The notes beneath the pieces are model-generated. The model did no database searches and was not told the origin of the DNA. It saw nothing but the letters and a program-made list of their open reading frames with translations. A stretch of 64,000 nucleotides of DNA, taken from NCBI GenBank assembly GCA_022813965.1, contig JALDZS010000020.1, positions 62,001 to 126,000 of the forward strand, written 5' to 3'. Source of the stretch: Toensbergia leucococca. Lineage: Eukaryota. The position numbers were made by a program, and so were the translations under genes. Below are positions 37,509-49,084 of this stretch, piece by piece. Positions within the stretch are counted from its first letter, which is position 1. Each line of letters opens with the position of its first letter.

Positions 37509-38566
37509 GACTGGCTGGATGGATATCATGTCCGCGTTGCCCGTGTTTAGTTTGTTTTGTACAGTTTTGGTGGTTCGGGGACTTGGCTGGGATTTTTGTT
37601 TTTTCTTCACCTCTTAGTCATGAGCGTGGGGGTCCGAGTTTGTAGATTTAGGTAGGTAGCTAGCTACAGCGAATGGGAGTAGCGGTATTGGTATGCGAAT
37701 TATGTGTTTCGATTGTGCTTTTTTTTGGGTGACATGATTTTGGCCTTCTGAAGCTGGATCTTGACGCGGCCGAGTCCCAGGTCACCCTTAGCCTGATCTT
37801 CCATTGATTACTTGCTGTTCAATCTCCGGTGGGGGGAGTGCTTTACCCACATGGATGTGACCTTGCAGTCAGTCTATCCCGGCTTTTCAACAGAAACCTC
37901 ACTACTCTACACATGCCCATCACCAATTTCAAAAGCAAGCGTATCACCATCCACACTTATACTCGTGATAGTAGGATTTCAGATGCACCTAGATGCACCC
38001 AGCACAGTGATGATATTGCACAATGAAACACAAACCATATGTACAATTTTCCCCTTTCCCATTCCCTCTTCCCGGGCTAAGCCAATCAATCCATCCATCC
38101 ATTCACCCACACCCAGTCAAACCGAAATCTATGATACAACCCCCCCTCTCCATTCGCCAAACCTCAATCCTACAGCTCCCCACCAGCCCAAATAATAACC
38201 CCCTCTTACAATGTAAGAGAAGGCAAACAAGAGTGGAAACCTGGTGCCGAAACACCCCCACCCCAAAAATGTCCTTCCACAGCACAAACTACTACGAGGC
38301 CCCCCTATCATAATAAACGCCACGCTCGCGTGAAATGGTAGACATGGGGAACGGAAAAAGCTGGGGGTGGATAAAGGCGGGTAATAAGACACTTGAACGA
38401 GAAAGGAAAAACCGGGGAACAAACGCTCCCTCCGTGGCCGTGAAAAGTAGACCAAGATATAGGAGAGAAAGAGAAAGAGAAACGCCCTATTCCCCGTTCT
38501 AATCCAATTTGTCCATGGTTTCCAAAAGCCCGTCATCTCCTCATGGAAAAAGAAAGCATGCTGTTC

Positions 38567-40774
38567 TCAATTCCTTCGTCTTGATCCCTTCTTGAGTCCG
38601 CCTGACCCAATCCTCCGTATCGGACTCGTAAACAAGACATGGCGTTCCTCTGGCCTTAGCGCCGTCCGTCCGCGCAACGCCGAAGACCTCCTCTCCGCAG
38701 TAGCAGGATGCGCTTTCGGTGCGGTGACAATCTCTGTAGGCTGAGCATTGCTGCTAGCACCTAGACCAATGGAATCGTCGTGGTCTTCGACTTCAACGTC
38801 CAGGAATCTGTCTTCTTCGTCAGAGGCGGAGGCTGAGCTCGGGGAGTCTGGATCGGAGTGGGTGTTTTCGTAGTCGCCGTCGTCGGAGACGAGAGAGGGA
38901 GCAGGATTGGATTCGAGGGTGTTGGGGCTGAGATTCATGGCTCGGGGCGTATCGAGGAGCAGAAAGTCTTGTTGAGTGTGAGGACTGCATGTTGAGAGGG
39001 CGTAGGGAGAGGAGTAGACTGTGCGTGGGATGATGGTCTTGAGGTATTCGGGCTTTCGGGAGGAATTGGTGCCTTTTCTACTGGGCGGACGATCGACTGG
39101 TGCTGGAGACATGGTTGCACGGGCTGGGAGGCGGCCGCCTCGGAGGACACCTCGTGTGGTGAGATTCTGAGGGTTTGAAGTCTCTGGTGCATCTTCCATG
39201 TCGATGTCATCTTCGTCGTCTTCGCTCGCTTCCTGGGCATCTAGTCCGGGCGTCGTCATGGTCGCTTGAGTAACCATATCGTCCAAGTCGCCGCCCAAGC
39301 CTGATCGTGCGAACATAGCCGATAAATGAGGAGTTTGGGTGGACGGTGTGAACGATGTTGATCTTGTCGTCCTGGGTTCTGGTGTATGACCGTTTTCCGG
39401 AAAGGTTGTTGAGATGGCAGCCCCCAACTGAGGAGGCTTAGGCTGTTGATTACTTGAGCCACCCATTGTCAGCGACTCTCTTCGTGGTAGAATCGTAGCG
39501 ACGTTCTTCAGTCCGAGTTTCGACATACTCATTGACCTGATGAGCGGGTGAACAAGTGCTGCGCTCATGCTAGTCGCCCCTGATGGTTCTCCAATGATGC
39601 CGCCTGCTTCGTTTAATTCCACTTCTTCGCCGCACGCAAGAGCAGCTGCCTCATGGCTTGCAAAACCCCGGTTATGCGAGATTCGACAGTGGTTGATGAA
39701 TCCTTGGACACTTCCAAAATCGGTCCGTCGGCAGTCCAGGCACACGAGCTTCACCATCCGACCATCCGTTGACCGCTTGAGAATCATGGGTCCTTTCTCC
39801 TCTTTCGCCTCTTTTTCTTTAGCATCTTTGACATCTTTGGATTCTGCTTGTTCGTGAGGAAGTGCTTGGGAGTTACCACTAGCAGTTCCGCGCTTTGAAC
39901 GCGATTTACCTGCAGGAAGACCTTTTCCTGCTTTGGATCCACGAGTTGCGCGCCCTGGTGCCCTCTTCCCAGCCGCATGCGATGTCTGTGCATCTTCTGC
40001 GGTGGAGCCGTCAAAGCGAGAATCGGGTATCAACCACTTGGCATAATGACGGGTGTAAGGCCCATCAACAACGCCCCAAGGCGCTGAGTCTGGTACTTCC
40101 AGATGGCCCATACCCCCCTGAAGCACAGGGCCAGAACCACTACTTACCCCTAGCATATCCTCATAGTTGGATGACAAAGCTGGATATGGAATAATTTGGC
40201 ACCGTCGCAACTGCTCAAGAGCCGCCTGACATTTTGCAGTTTCTTGCTCAATCAAACGTAGCTCTTTATGCTTCAACAGGATCTCAAGACTGAACTGTGA
40301 TTCAATGACCATCTGGAGAGCTGTCAGGTTGACAGCCTCCGGAGCTTGTGGTTCTGTTTCTGGTCTTCTTTGCATGCTGGAAGTTGGGGTTGGTGAAGTA
40401 GAGGAGAACGTGGGATTGATGCTCTGTTCCGTTTGCTCTTGATCGTGTTTTATAGAATCAGGATTTGCCTGCTCTGGTGGTACTGCGACATTTTCATATC
40501 CGTTTCCTTGCTGGCCATCGCTTGGCGCTACCACGCCAATATCTTCGTTGTTTGTTGCCCGACCATGACTCATGGGATTTGGTTGTCGCTTCGCTGGAGT
40601 GCGATCAGGACGAAATATTTCTGAGTCTTCACTCTTTTCTCGCTTCCGCTTCATCTTGTTCAAGAGCGGTATTTGTACCACGGGTGGCCGTTGCTGCTTC
40701 GTGGCTGAAAGCTTGATCTTCTCCGCCCTCACCTTCTCATTCCTCGCTGCGGTGCTCCAAGGGAGCAAAAACAT
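38567..40774 (-). CDS. AHC1: ADA histone acetyltransferase complex component Ahc1-like
   Basis: IESQFSLEILLKHKELRLIEQE, PWGVVDGPYTRHYAKWL and the C2H2 finger CLDCRRTDFGSVQGFINHCRISH; ATG at 40774. Confidence 0.82.
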   Translation of the reverse strand: MFLLPWSTAARNEKVRAEKIKLSATKQQRPPVVQIPLLNKMKRKREKSEDSEIFRPDRTPAKRQPNPMSHGRATNNEDIGVVAPSDGQQGNGYENVAVPPEQANPDSIKHDQEQTEQSINPTFSSTSPTPTSSMQRRPETEPQAPEAVNLTALQMVIESQFSLEILLKHKELRLIEQETAKCQAALEQLRRCQIIPYPALSSNYEDMLGVSSGSGPVLQGGMGHLEVPDSAPWGVVDGPYTRHYAKWLIPDSRFDGSTAEDAQTSHAAGKRAPGRATRGSKAGKGLPAGKSRSKRGTASGNSQALPHEQAESKDVKDAKEKEAKEEKGPMILKRSTDGRMVKLVCLDCRRTDFGSVQGFINHCRISHNRGFASHEAAALACGEEVELNEAGGIIGEPSGATSMSAALVHPLIRSMSMSKLGLKNVATILPRRESLTMGGSSNQQPKPPQLGAAISTTFPENGHTPEPRTTRSTSFTPSTQTPHLSAMFARSGLGGDLDDMVTQATMTTPGLDAQEASEDDEDDIDMEDAPETSNPQNLTTRGVLRGGRLPARATMSPAPVDRPPSRKGTNSSRKPEYLKTIIPRTVYSSPYALSTCSPHTQQDFLLLDTPRAMNLSPNTLESNPAPSLVSDDGDYENTHSDPDSPSSASASDEEDRFLDVEVEDHDDSIGLGASSNAQPTEIVTAPKAHPATAERRSSALRGRTALRPEERHVLFTSPIRRIGSGGLKKGSRRRN

Positions 40775-41735
40775 GCCATGCGATACGATCAGCACCACAG
40801 GGAAAAGCAGCGCATGCCACGAAAATAGCGGATAAATAAATTGATGTTGTCCTGACGTCACTGGAAAGAGAAAATATCGGGAAGGAGCGTGGTGAATGGA
40901 AAATCGTCGGTCGCAATAATTTATCGCAAAGGGTGATCCAGTATATTAATGAAGTAATACCGAGGCTTGGATTACAAATATTATGACAGCACCAGGCAGT
41001 AAGTTGAAGATAAATCGCGAGAAGACTAGAAGGAAAGAAAGGCGTGGTCGTGAGAATGAAAGGTCATGAACATGGTTGTTGTAGAGCACAGGGTATTGAC
41101 ATCGATTTGGTGAGAGGTGAGAGACGGACAAGACTCAAGCTGGGCTATTCTACAGGCTACCGCGGATCATGTACGAAGGAGGCGGTGTTTGAGTAACGCT
41201 ACGGAGGAATTATGCTGGAAGGATTAGCGAAGGGGGGAGGAATGGCAAGGTATTATTTGTGAGACAATGCTTCGTAATCTTGTCTTATTGGCTCAATCTG
41301 CAGGGGCGTCGATTCATCTCCTAAATGTATCCTATTGGTATCATTTGTACCGTAAGATATTCGGAATGAACAATGTTTATATCAGTCACGGGGGTTCGAT
41401 ATCTTCACATGCTGATGGACGGGAAACCTTACTGATTCCGGGTATCAGAATGACACGAGAAAGATGCTATTCCAGATGGATGTCAGAAATTTGTTGGTAA
41501 AGGCCTGAACACAAAGTGCGTCTTTTCTCGGATTTGAACCCAATATTCGTAACATAGCTGACGAACATCGTCAGATCTGGGAAACTCGGGAGACTACAGA
41601 CCTAAACATATTCTACCTAGAATAAGTAGTACTTCGTCCCGTGCATAAGTCTAGCGAGCCATCCAAATATAGGTCGATCATTTTTGTACTCCTCTTGTCA
41701 ACGCCTTTGCTACTGGATATGCCGAATTTAAAAAC

Positions 41736-42418
41736 ATGAATACGACTGGCAGTGGGGAGACGACCCAACATGAAATTCTCCCCTCTGAACTTCAGCATCT
41801 CTATTCTAAATATGACTTCATCACCATGTCAATCATCTCTTCTTCCAAGATCCAACAAAAAGTTAAGAACCTCCTTCTTCACTTAGAAAAGTCAACCTCT
41901 AGTGATGGTACTGCTCAGCCCAGCATAGTCGTGTTGAGTGCCAAAGCAAGTGTAGGCGGAAAACTAGTCAGTATTATTGAGATTGCGAAGAAGGCAGTGG
42001 AAAAGAAAGGCGGAAAATGGTGGCAGTATTCGAGGCTTTGTGGAAGAATCATGGAGATGACGAAGGAGGACGCGAGAGGCGCCATTGGAGGTCTGACAGA
42101 GGGCTGGAAGCAGAATGAGGATCTTGGTGGAGAAGTGGATCACGTAATGAGCGACGCCGGGTCTGCGAAGCATGGCGATGGTGATAGAGATGATGATGGA
42201 GCCTTTGAGACTATGGGGGCAACTGGACGGCCGAAATCCATTTCTGTCTTGTCCAAAGACGGTGCTCGAAAGAAGTTCAGAGCTGTTCCTGTCATGAGTA
42301 TTTACATTTCTAGTGTTGCAGTGCCTGAGCTCAAGTATGCTTACGGGTAAGTCACATGTCTAATCTTCAAAGAAATTTTAGCTGATTACTTCATGGTAGA
42401 GAGCAGACAAATACTTGA
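41736..42418 (+). CDS. DNA/RNA-binding Alba-like domain protein
   Basis: SIISSSKIQQKV, GKLVSIIEIAKK, WWQYS and KFRAVPVMSIYIS..VPELK..YG; after a final intron the frame ends EQTNT*. Confidence 0.78.
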
Positions 42419-42748
42419 GCCTTCGGCTTTCGATGGAATCTTCAAGTCAGAATTACGTACTTTATGATAGGATTGCCTCATCTGAAAGTCTCCATACAAC
42501 CTTACCACCAATGACTGATACTCGTACCCATCAGCAATGCTTCTATCTTTCAAAAATTCAGCCAACGACGCAATAAAAATATGGCATGCAGAACGATGCC
42601 AAATGCAAGGAAATGTCTTGTAGCCCAACTAGATACAAATACCCATATTTACACGACTCTTACTCTTTACTCTTTGATCATAAACCGTATCCGATGCTTT
42701 CGCCGTCCCTCAGTACACACTTATTATAGCCCCAACCCTCCATTTCCT

Positions 42749-43167
42749 TCACGTCCCTGTAACCCTCAATATAAAATTCACCACAACGGCTGCCAGTAAG
42801 GCCACAGCCAGTACACTTGGCCCCAATCGATCATCGAACCCCCCCTGGCCTCTCATCCGAATACTCTTCGCCCTCCAATGATACGTGAACAGCGCATAAA
42901 TCATCGTCGCCATCGCTACTAGGGTAAACAGTCCTGCGGAGATGCGTCCAATTTTGTCACCAAAGTTCAAGAGGCCAATGGCAAGCCCGCCAAGGATGAC
43001 GGTGAAATTGAGCCAAGAAAGAAAGGTTCTTTCATTGGCGAAGAAAACCTTTGGCTCGACTCGTACCGGGAGGGCGATGCGTTTCCCTGTAAGACGTTTA
43101 GCCAGAAAGGCGGAAGAATTAGGATGTGTTTACCCGGTGCTGTCTGAAGAAGTGGTTGGCTTGACAT
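42749..43167 (-). CDS. VTC1: Vacuolar transporter chaperone subunit Vtc1 (DUF202)
   Basis: [37 protein letters not shown], three TM helices and GFDDRLGP; one intron. Confidence 0.96.
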
Positions 43168-43536
43168 CTTCGGGTGAATGATTGGCGGGGTTTCGTTCAG
43201 CGGGATGCTCTTGTTGCAGTGAGATTCTTCTCGTTTTTGGTATTATCGATGGTATGTTGAATCCGCCTATTCGCAGTATCAAGACCTAGGGGTGTTGCCA
43301 GATCTCAATTGGCCATCCTTTCAACTCAACGAATGAAGAAATTTGACGAGGTCCTCATCTTCATTAAGATATTCTGATATCTGTAATGAGGGGCCCTGGC
43401 CCTGGTAAATGATTGACGCCGCTAGTTCTAGCGAGAAAATAGTGGGGAGCCGTTGCCCTAAAGCAATACCTACCTATCAAACCACGGAGTCCATGTACAG
43501 CTCATCTTGAATTGTGTACCGCAATATACTACAATC

Positions 43537-44190
43537 ATGGCTACGGACGCTACCTCAAATTGCGTGAGTAGCATACGATATTTCTCTTGGGCCAATACTA
43601 ACTCATTAGGTAGCCCATCTCCTCCTCGCGCCTAAACCTCATTGCCAAAGATGTACATAAATCACTCCCATACAACAAATACTATGCTAAAAAATGACAA
43701 GGCCTGCGAATCGACCTTTCAGTCTGTGAAGAGCTATGAGCACTCTCAAACCTCATCTTGGAACTCCAATATCATTGTAAGCCCCTTTTCCTATCCTCGA
43801 AAAGGTCCTGAGGTAGTCAAATGTTCATGCAGCTTGTTCGAATTGACCTAGAATACCATCCTTCAATCCCTCATCAAAGATTCTTCCTCCGACGATCGGC
43901 CACCCCTCTACAAATACGCCGTCACTAGCACAATAATTCAGCATACTACCTCCCCGAGACCTCACCAACCAGAGCCAGAGATTCAGAACAGAGCCGACGC
44001 AGCTGACGAGGCTCCACGATCGACGAACTTGGGGGGCAGGGATAACGTAGTTGGAAGGAGGGGTATGCATTCTGCAACAGGAGCCTACTGGAATAATGAG
44101 AAGGATGGCATGTGGAGTTTTAAATATGACGGGGGAGAAGGGAAAGGATTCGACGTTGTTATCAGTGTGGTTTGGATTTCAATTTCTTGA
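43537..44190 (+). CDS. TDA2: Tctex-1 family dynein light chain-like protein (Tda2-like); absent from the ORF track
   Basis: Four exons: MATDATSNC|PISSSRLNLIAKD|ACESTF..YEHSQTSSWNSNII|NTILQSLI..YKYAVTSTIIQH..GRRGMHSATGAYWNNEKDGMWSFKY..DVVISVVWISIS*. Confidence 0.88.
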
Positions 44191-44271
44191 TTGAGTTTCA
44201 TCTTGTAAGGAAGAAGCTATCTTGCATGGAAAATCGTGTATTTACTGGCGTAACAGCAGCATTTTTCAAAT

Positions 44272-45235
44272 CTATGTGCTCATTTTCATTCCACCGTTTG
44301 CGCAAATCACACTTCCAGTACACCACGCACTATCTTCCGAACAGAGCATCGCCACCACCCCTGCAATTTCATGGGCATAACCTGGCCTGCCCCCGGCTTT
44401 CTCTATAGCGTCCACATATTTATCTTCATCTATGCCTTTCCTGGCGGCCATCAGTGGTGAATGCTGATTCCAAGGCTTTAATGACTTCTGGAACTCCTCG
44501 CTGTTGCTCCCATACATGTCTGTCGCTACGGGCCCTGGGTTCACAGCATTAACGGTTGCTCTTTCGGCCAATTCACGGCTCCATGTTCGTGTCATAGCTT
44601 CCAAGGCAGCTTTAGTACCTCCATAGACGGATTGGCCTACGAAGCCTAAGCTGGAAGAGACGGATGAGAGGTTTACGATACGGCCGGATCGATCGGTCGG
44701 GAGGTACGGAAAGGCGGCTTTGATGAGTAAGATCGGGCCGAGAACATTTACCGCGTACATTTGATGGAAAGCATCTGGAGTGACATTCTGAACGAGGTCA
44801 TTCGCTGCGACGCCAGCATTGTTGACAATGATGTCGACTTGAAACTTCCCGGTTTTGGGATGGGAGAAGTGGTTTTTGATTGTGGAGATGAGGTGTGCAG
44901 CGCCGTTAGGAGAGCCTATGTCTGCCTGGATGGGGAGGGCTGTGATACTATGCTCAGACTGGAGTTCAGAGGCTAGAGATGATGTTATTTCCGTGGAGGA
45001 GTCAGATGTATAGTTCAGGGCGACGGAAGCTCCTTTCGAGGCGAGGTTGCGAGCAATGGCTGCGCCGATGCCTAGGTAAATTCAGCATGTAATAGCTCTC
45101 ATGTCTTGGGAATAGGCATAGAGCAAGACCTCTGGAACCCCCTGTTACTATTGCGAGCTTTCCTTCTAGAGAGCGGACTTTAGTAGCTCCCGTGAGGTTT
45201 GTGGAAGCGGATCGCTGGTAGCCTGGTCGAGACAT
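44272..45235 (-). CDS. Short-chain dehydrogenase/reductase (FabG-like)
   Basis: IVTGGSR|GIG, IIVNNAG, NLSS, YGGTK (YxxxK), NAVNPGPVATDM and TGSVICANGG; one intron. Confidence 0.93.
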
Positions 45236-45454
45236 TGCTTCTATTGGTGTATGATAGAATACCGATTTGGCGGGAGATAATCATAAATTCAAAAGTAATT
45301 TAGATCCAAAAAATATCAATATATCAAAGACCTTCAGACTTATGACTTCCACTTCTTAAGACGTCATTGATTAGGAGGCTTCCGATTTCAAAGAGGGTCG
45401 ACTTCAAATCTTAAGATCGTCCGTCTTCATCTCCGTGTGGCCCTATTTTAGTAA

Positions 45455-46500
45455 ATGCCCTATTTATGCCCTAATCAGGAGTCACGTCGTCGGGCCTCCC
45501 AACTTGACCGCCCCCTCGTCTGGTCCCTCAACTCTTCCCGGTCCAGCGAAAAACCACCCCAAATCATCATGAGCACGCCTTCTCCAACCCCTCCCTGCCT
45601 CCACGCGCCCCACTTACAAGAAACCATACCCAATACGCCCCACGATCGAAAACAGGGGTTTCATTTCTCAGTCATACAAGGCTGGGAACAAGGCGTTGCC
45701 GCTCTACATCAACATTCATGGCGGGGGCTTCGCGATCACCAATCCAGAGATCACGATTCCTTTGCCAGCGCTTTCGCAGACCGCAATGGTGTCTGTGTCG
45801 TGAGTATCGGGTACAGGCTCGCGCCTTGATAGTCTTTTTCGGACCCGGTTCACGATTGTGCTGCCCTTGCCCATGCAGTGCTGGAAGCCGAGTTCCTACC
45901 GGCTGACAAGAGCAAAGTAGCCATCAGTGGCTTCTCCGCCGGCGGCTGTCTCTTCTTGGGAGTCGTGCAGCTCGAATCCTCAAGAGGAAAGTTCGGCGGC
46001 GCAGTGGGACTTTATCTCATTGTCGACTTTTCACGGACGACCGAGCGGAAGCTGTAAGACCGCCCTGTGACGCCCAGAAAGAAATATATGCTGGACGCGT
46101 TAAGTGAGTGGTTCAGTTGGGGCTATGTGCCCGCTAACACTAACAGAAAAGATCCACTGCTTTCTCCCATCTTTGCTGAGAGAGCTCACCTACCGCCTAA
46201 GGTGTGCTTGATTGGTTGTGAGCTAGACATACTTTGCAAGGAATCGGAGGATATGGCTGAAAACTTGGCGGATGGAGAGACGGGGGAGAAAGTGCAGCTG
46301 CGAAGGGGTACGGGGTGGGAAAGGGGAGGTGTGAAGTGGGAGAAGGTGATGTGGTGGGAGCATGGACTCGATTATAGTAAGGTTCGAGGGGATAGAGACT
46401 GAAGATTACGGAGGAGGTACATGGGAGGGTCGGGGACTGGTTGCTTCAGCAGGTTTATGCCTAGGATCGCCGTAATTCTTTCTCGAGGGCTGGAACGCTG
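45455..46500 (+). pseudogene. Disabled HSL-family alpha/beta hydrolase (esterase/lipase)
   Basis: LPLYINIHGGGF (His at 45717), frameshift at ~45747, VVSIGYRLAP then TGA-TAG (45827-45832), GFSAGG nucleophile motif, TAA at 46055, then DPLLSP, GCELDIL and HG. Confidence 0.88.
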
Positions 46501-46735
46501 TGGATGAGAAGATGCCCCTTTCAACGGCGGAAATTGTATTGAAACAACTGTGTTGTTGTACATGTAGAGGTTCTTCCTATATCTAACAAATAAAGTAGTC
46601 TACATAGTATTTTACAACAAATGCCTAGCTCTAAACGCATCTACAGCCAACTATCTGCCGCCTTGTCTTTTACATATCCTAGCCCATCATATCCCAAAAC
46701 ACCATCTGGCCCAACATTATCATCAAAAGCACGCA

Positions 46736-49084
46736 TCACTCCTTATCCGGTTCCTTCACGTTCCCACTCTTCCTCTTCCGCTCCTTCAACCCCTCAACTC
46801 CCTTCCCCCAGGCCCCAGCCTTCTTTCCCCACCTCATCATCCCCCAAGCATGCTCCCATCCGATCTTCGGCGGCGCCTCCACATTCTTTCGAAATGGGCT
46901 TGCCCCATGCCTAAACAGGTCTTCCTCACTTTCAATAGTCCTGCCAGAAGAAGCTACCGCTTCCATCCCACCTGGACCCTCGCGCTCAGCCACAGTATCT
47001 CCCTCCCAGCGCCTAATGCGTTTCTCAACAGGCCTCCACCATCCCTCTTCTTCTCTCGCCCACCACCTAGATCCACACATCTCCCACAATCGACTTCTCG
47101 CCCGCTTATAAGCGAATTTCTCGTCCTCGCCGGTGAATGTCCCCGCCTGCGCGAAATTTGGCGATTCCTGCCTACCAATTTCGTTCCCGGCTCCAGGGGC
47201 TCCATCACTGGTACCACGTGTGCTGGATTCTGAACGCAAGTCTGGACTTGAGGAGCGGTCTGCGCTATAGACGGGGCCGAAGTCGGAATCTTCGTCCGCG
47301 AGGATGGAGCGTAATGATGAGGTGGTGGTGGTGCTGGAATGAGATACGGGCGGGCTTGAAGCGTAAGAAGGTGCTGAGGCGGAGGAGGTATATGAGGAGA
47401 TGTTGGGGCGGAAGGGGGAGGTTTGGTCTTGGTATATTTCGGAGAACGTTTCAGAGTAGACGCCATCGGCGCTACTTTCTTGATTACTTCCGGTTTTCAC
47501 GGTAGGTGAATGAATTTCAGGGAAGAATAAGGCGTCTGGACCAGCTTCGGCGTGGATCAGAAGTTTGCAGCGAGCTTCGTAGAGAGCGTCAAGGAGGGTG
47601 ATCAGGCGACGGGCTTCATTCTTTTGGAGAAGACTCATAACGGGTACCTCTGTGAGGATTAGGGTGTGGAATGTTGAGGCAAGTGAGATGTAGTCCGCAG
47701 GGCCGAGATTACTGCAGCAGAGTTCGGAGAAGGTCCATTTTGTGACTCCAGAAAGATGGCGTGGAATAAGAACATTGCGGCCATAGATACGGATGAAGGT
47801 GCTTTCCCAAGGGAGTTCTGTGACCGAAGATGGTGAATCTGGGAAATGTGATATTGCGCGAAATATAGCAGATTCCCATGCTTGATGCACTGAGTCTTTC
47901 ATATGTTCTGATATGGTTTCCGAAGGTATCACAAGGTAGTGCTTGGGAAGGATGTCCTTTGTGGCCTTCACTGAGGTAGAAGCTGGCTCATCTCCTGGCT
48001 TTGTGTGCAAGCTCTGCTCGTACCCTGAACCCCAATTGCCAACGACCATTGGCCCCAGGCCATCAAACCCTTTTTCCCCCGGAAGATTGGTGTTTGTTCT
48101 AAGTTCGGGCTCATTTTCTCCTTCTACTTCACGTCGTCTCCAATCCCTCCCACCCTCTATATCCCAGACTTCACATCTAGCGCGAAGCACGTCTAGAAAA
48201 GCGGTAAAGTCTCCCTTTCCTGCGAACATATTTTCACTCTTTCCACTTTTATTGCCTGGACCGAGTAAGCCCCATCGATTCCCTAGAAGGCCTAAGCGCG
48301 AAGCCGGTGGAGTTGCAAATTCCAGCCCTGAAGCATTAGCCAGCTCCTCTGGCATTCGATTACTGGTCGCAATGAGAACACCTCCGAGGTGGAAAAAAGA
48401 TGTAAGCAGATTTGAAAGTATCTTCGATGAAGCTCGATCTGGAAGTTGAAACTCATCTAAAAAGAGTATTGGAGAAGTAGATATCATGTCCCTAGCAAGC
48501 CAGATCAATGAATGTTCCTCCTCTTGGTCCTCCTTGTTTCTCAGTAAGGAAGAAGTAGTTAATCGACTTCTCCGCAAATGCTCTAATCTAGCAAAAGTTT
48601 CTAGCATAAAGGTGTTGAAATGCCAGCGACGCTTCTTTCGATTCGGCAAGCAATCTGCTAGCAAATCAACCAACATGCTCTTACCTGTTCCAACTTCGCC
48701 ATACAATAAAAGCCCTTGGGGTGATTGAAGATGTATAGCAGATTCATGACTTGTTAGCTGTCTGGTAAGAGCCAATGCGTCGGCCTTCTCCCTTTGCGCC
48801 TTAAAGGACGAAAATACACTCTTCTGCTCAACATATTCTTGTTGATTTGCATCCTCTTCAGGATGTGCTGAGGGAGCGCCAACAGTGCGACTGATTTGTT
48901 CAAGACGATGACTATACTCGATCTCGGGTTCATAGTCTTTCAGGCGGTAGTAGAGCTTCTGAAGATGTAGGGCTAGTCGATGCTGGGCAGGATCTGAATC
49001 GATGCGCTTGGTGGCTATCAGAGCACGGTAGAGCACAAGAGGATTCGTGATGGTGAGGCCAGTGGAGGTAGACAGTGGTGGCAT
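46736..49084 (-). CDS. AFG1/LACE1/ZapE-like ATPase
   Basis: DPAQ, GLLLYGEVGTGKS (Walker A), HFNTFM, LFLDEFQLPD, ATSNR, GPADY, ARRLITLLDALYE, GEDEKFAYKRARSRL; single exon. Confidence 0.92.
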   Translation of the reverse strand: MPPLSTSTGLTITNPLVLYRALIATKRIDSDPAQHRLALHLQKLYYRLKDYEPEIEYSHRLEQISRTVGAPSAHPEEDANQQEYVEQKSVFSSFKAQREKADALALTRQLTSHESAIHLQSPQGLLLYGEVGTGKSMLVDLLADCLPNRKKRRWHFNTFMLETFARLEHLRRSRLTTSSLLRNKEDQEEEHSLIWLARDMISTSPILFLDEFQLPDRASSKILSNLLTSFFHLGGVLIATSNRMPEELANASGLEFATPPASRLGLLGNRWGLLGPGNKSGKSENMFAGKGDFTAFLDVLRARCEVWDIEGGRDWRRREVEGENEPELRTNTNLPGEKGFDGLGPMVVGNWGSGYEQSLHTKPGDEPASTSVKATKDILPKHYLVIPSETISEHMKDSVHQAWESAIFRAISHFPDSPSSVTELPWESTFIRIYGRNVLIPRHLSGVTKWTFSELCCSNLGPADYISLASTFHTLILTEVPVMSLLQKNEARRLITLLDALYEARCKLLIHAEAGPDALFFPEIHSPTVKTGSNQESSADGVYSETFSEIYQDQTSPFRPNISSYTSSASAPSYASSPPVSHSSTTTTSSLRSILADEDSDFGPVYSADRSSSPDLRSESSTRGTSDGAPGAGNEIGRQESPNFAQAGTFTGEDEKFAYKRARSRLWEMCGSRWWAREEEGWWRPVEKRIRRWEGDTVAEREGPGGMEAVASSGRTIESEEDLFRHGASPFRKNVEAPPKIGWEHAWGMMRWGKKAGAWGKGVEGLKERKRKSGNVKEPDKE

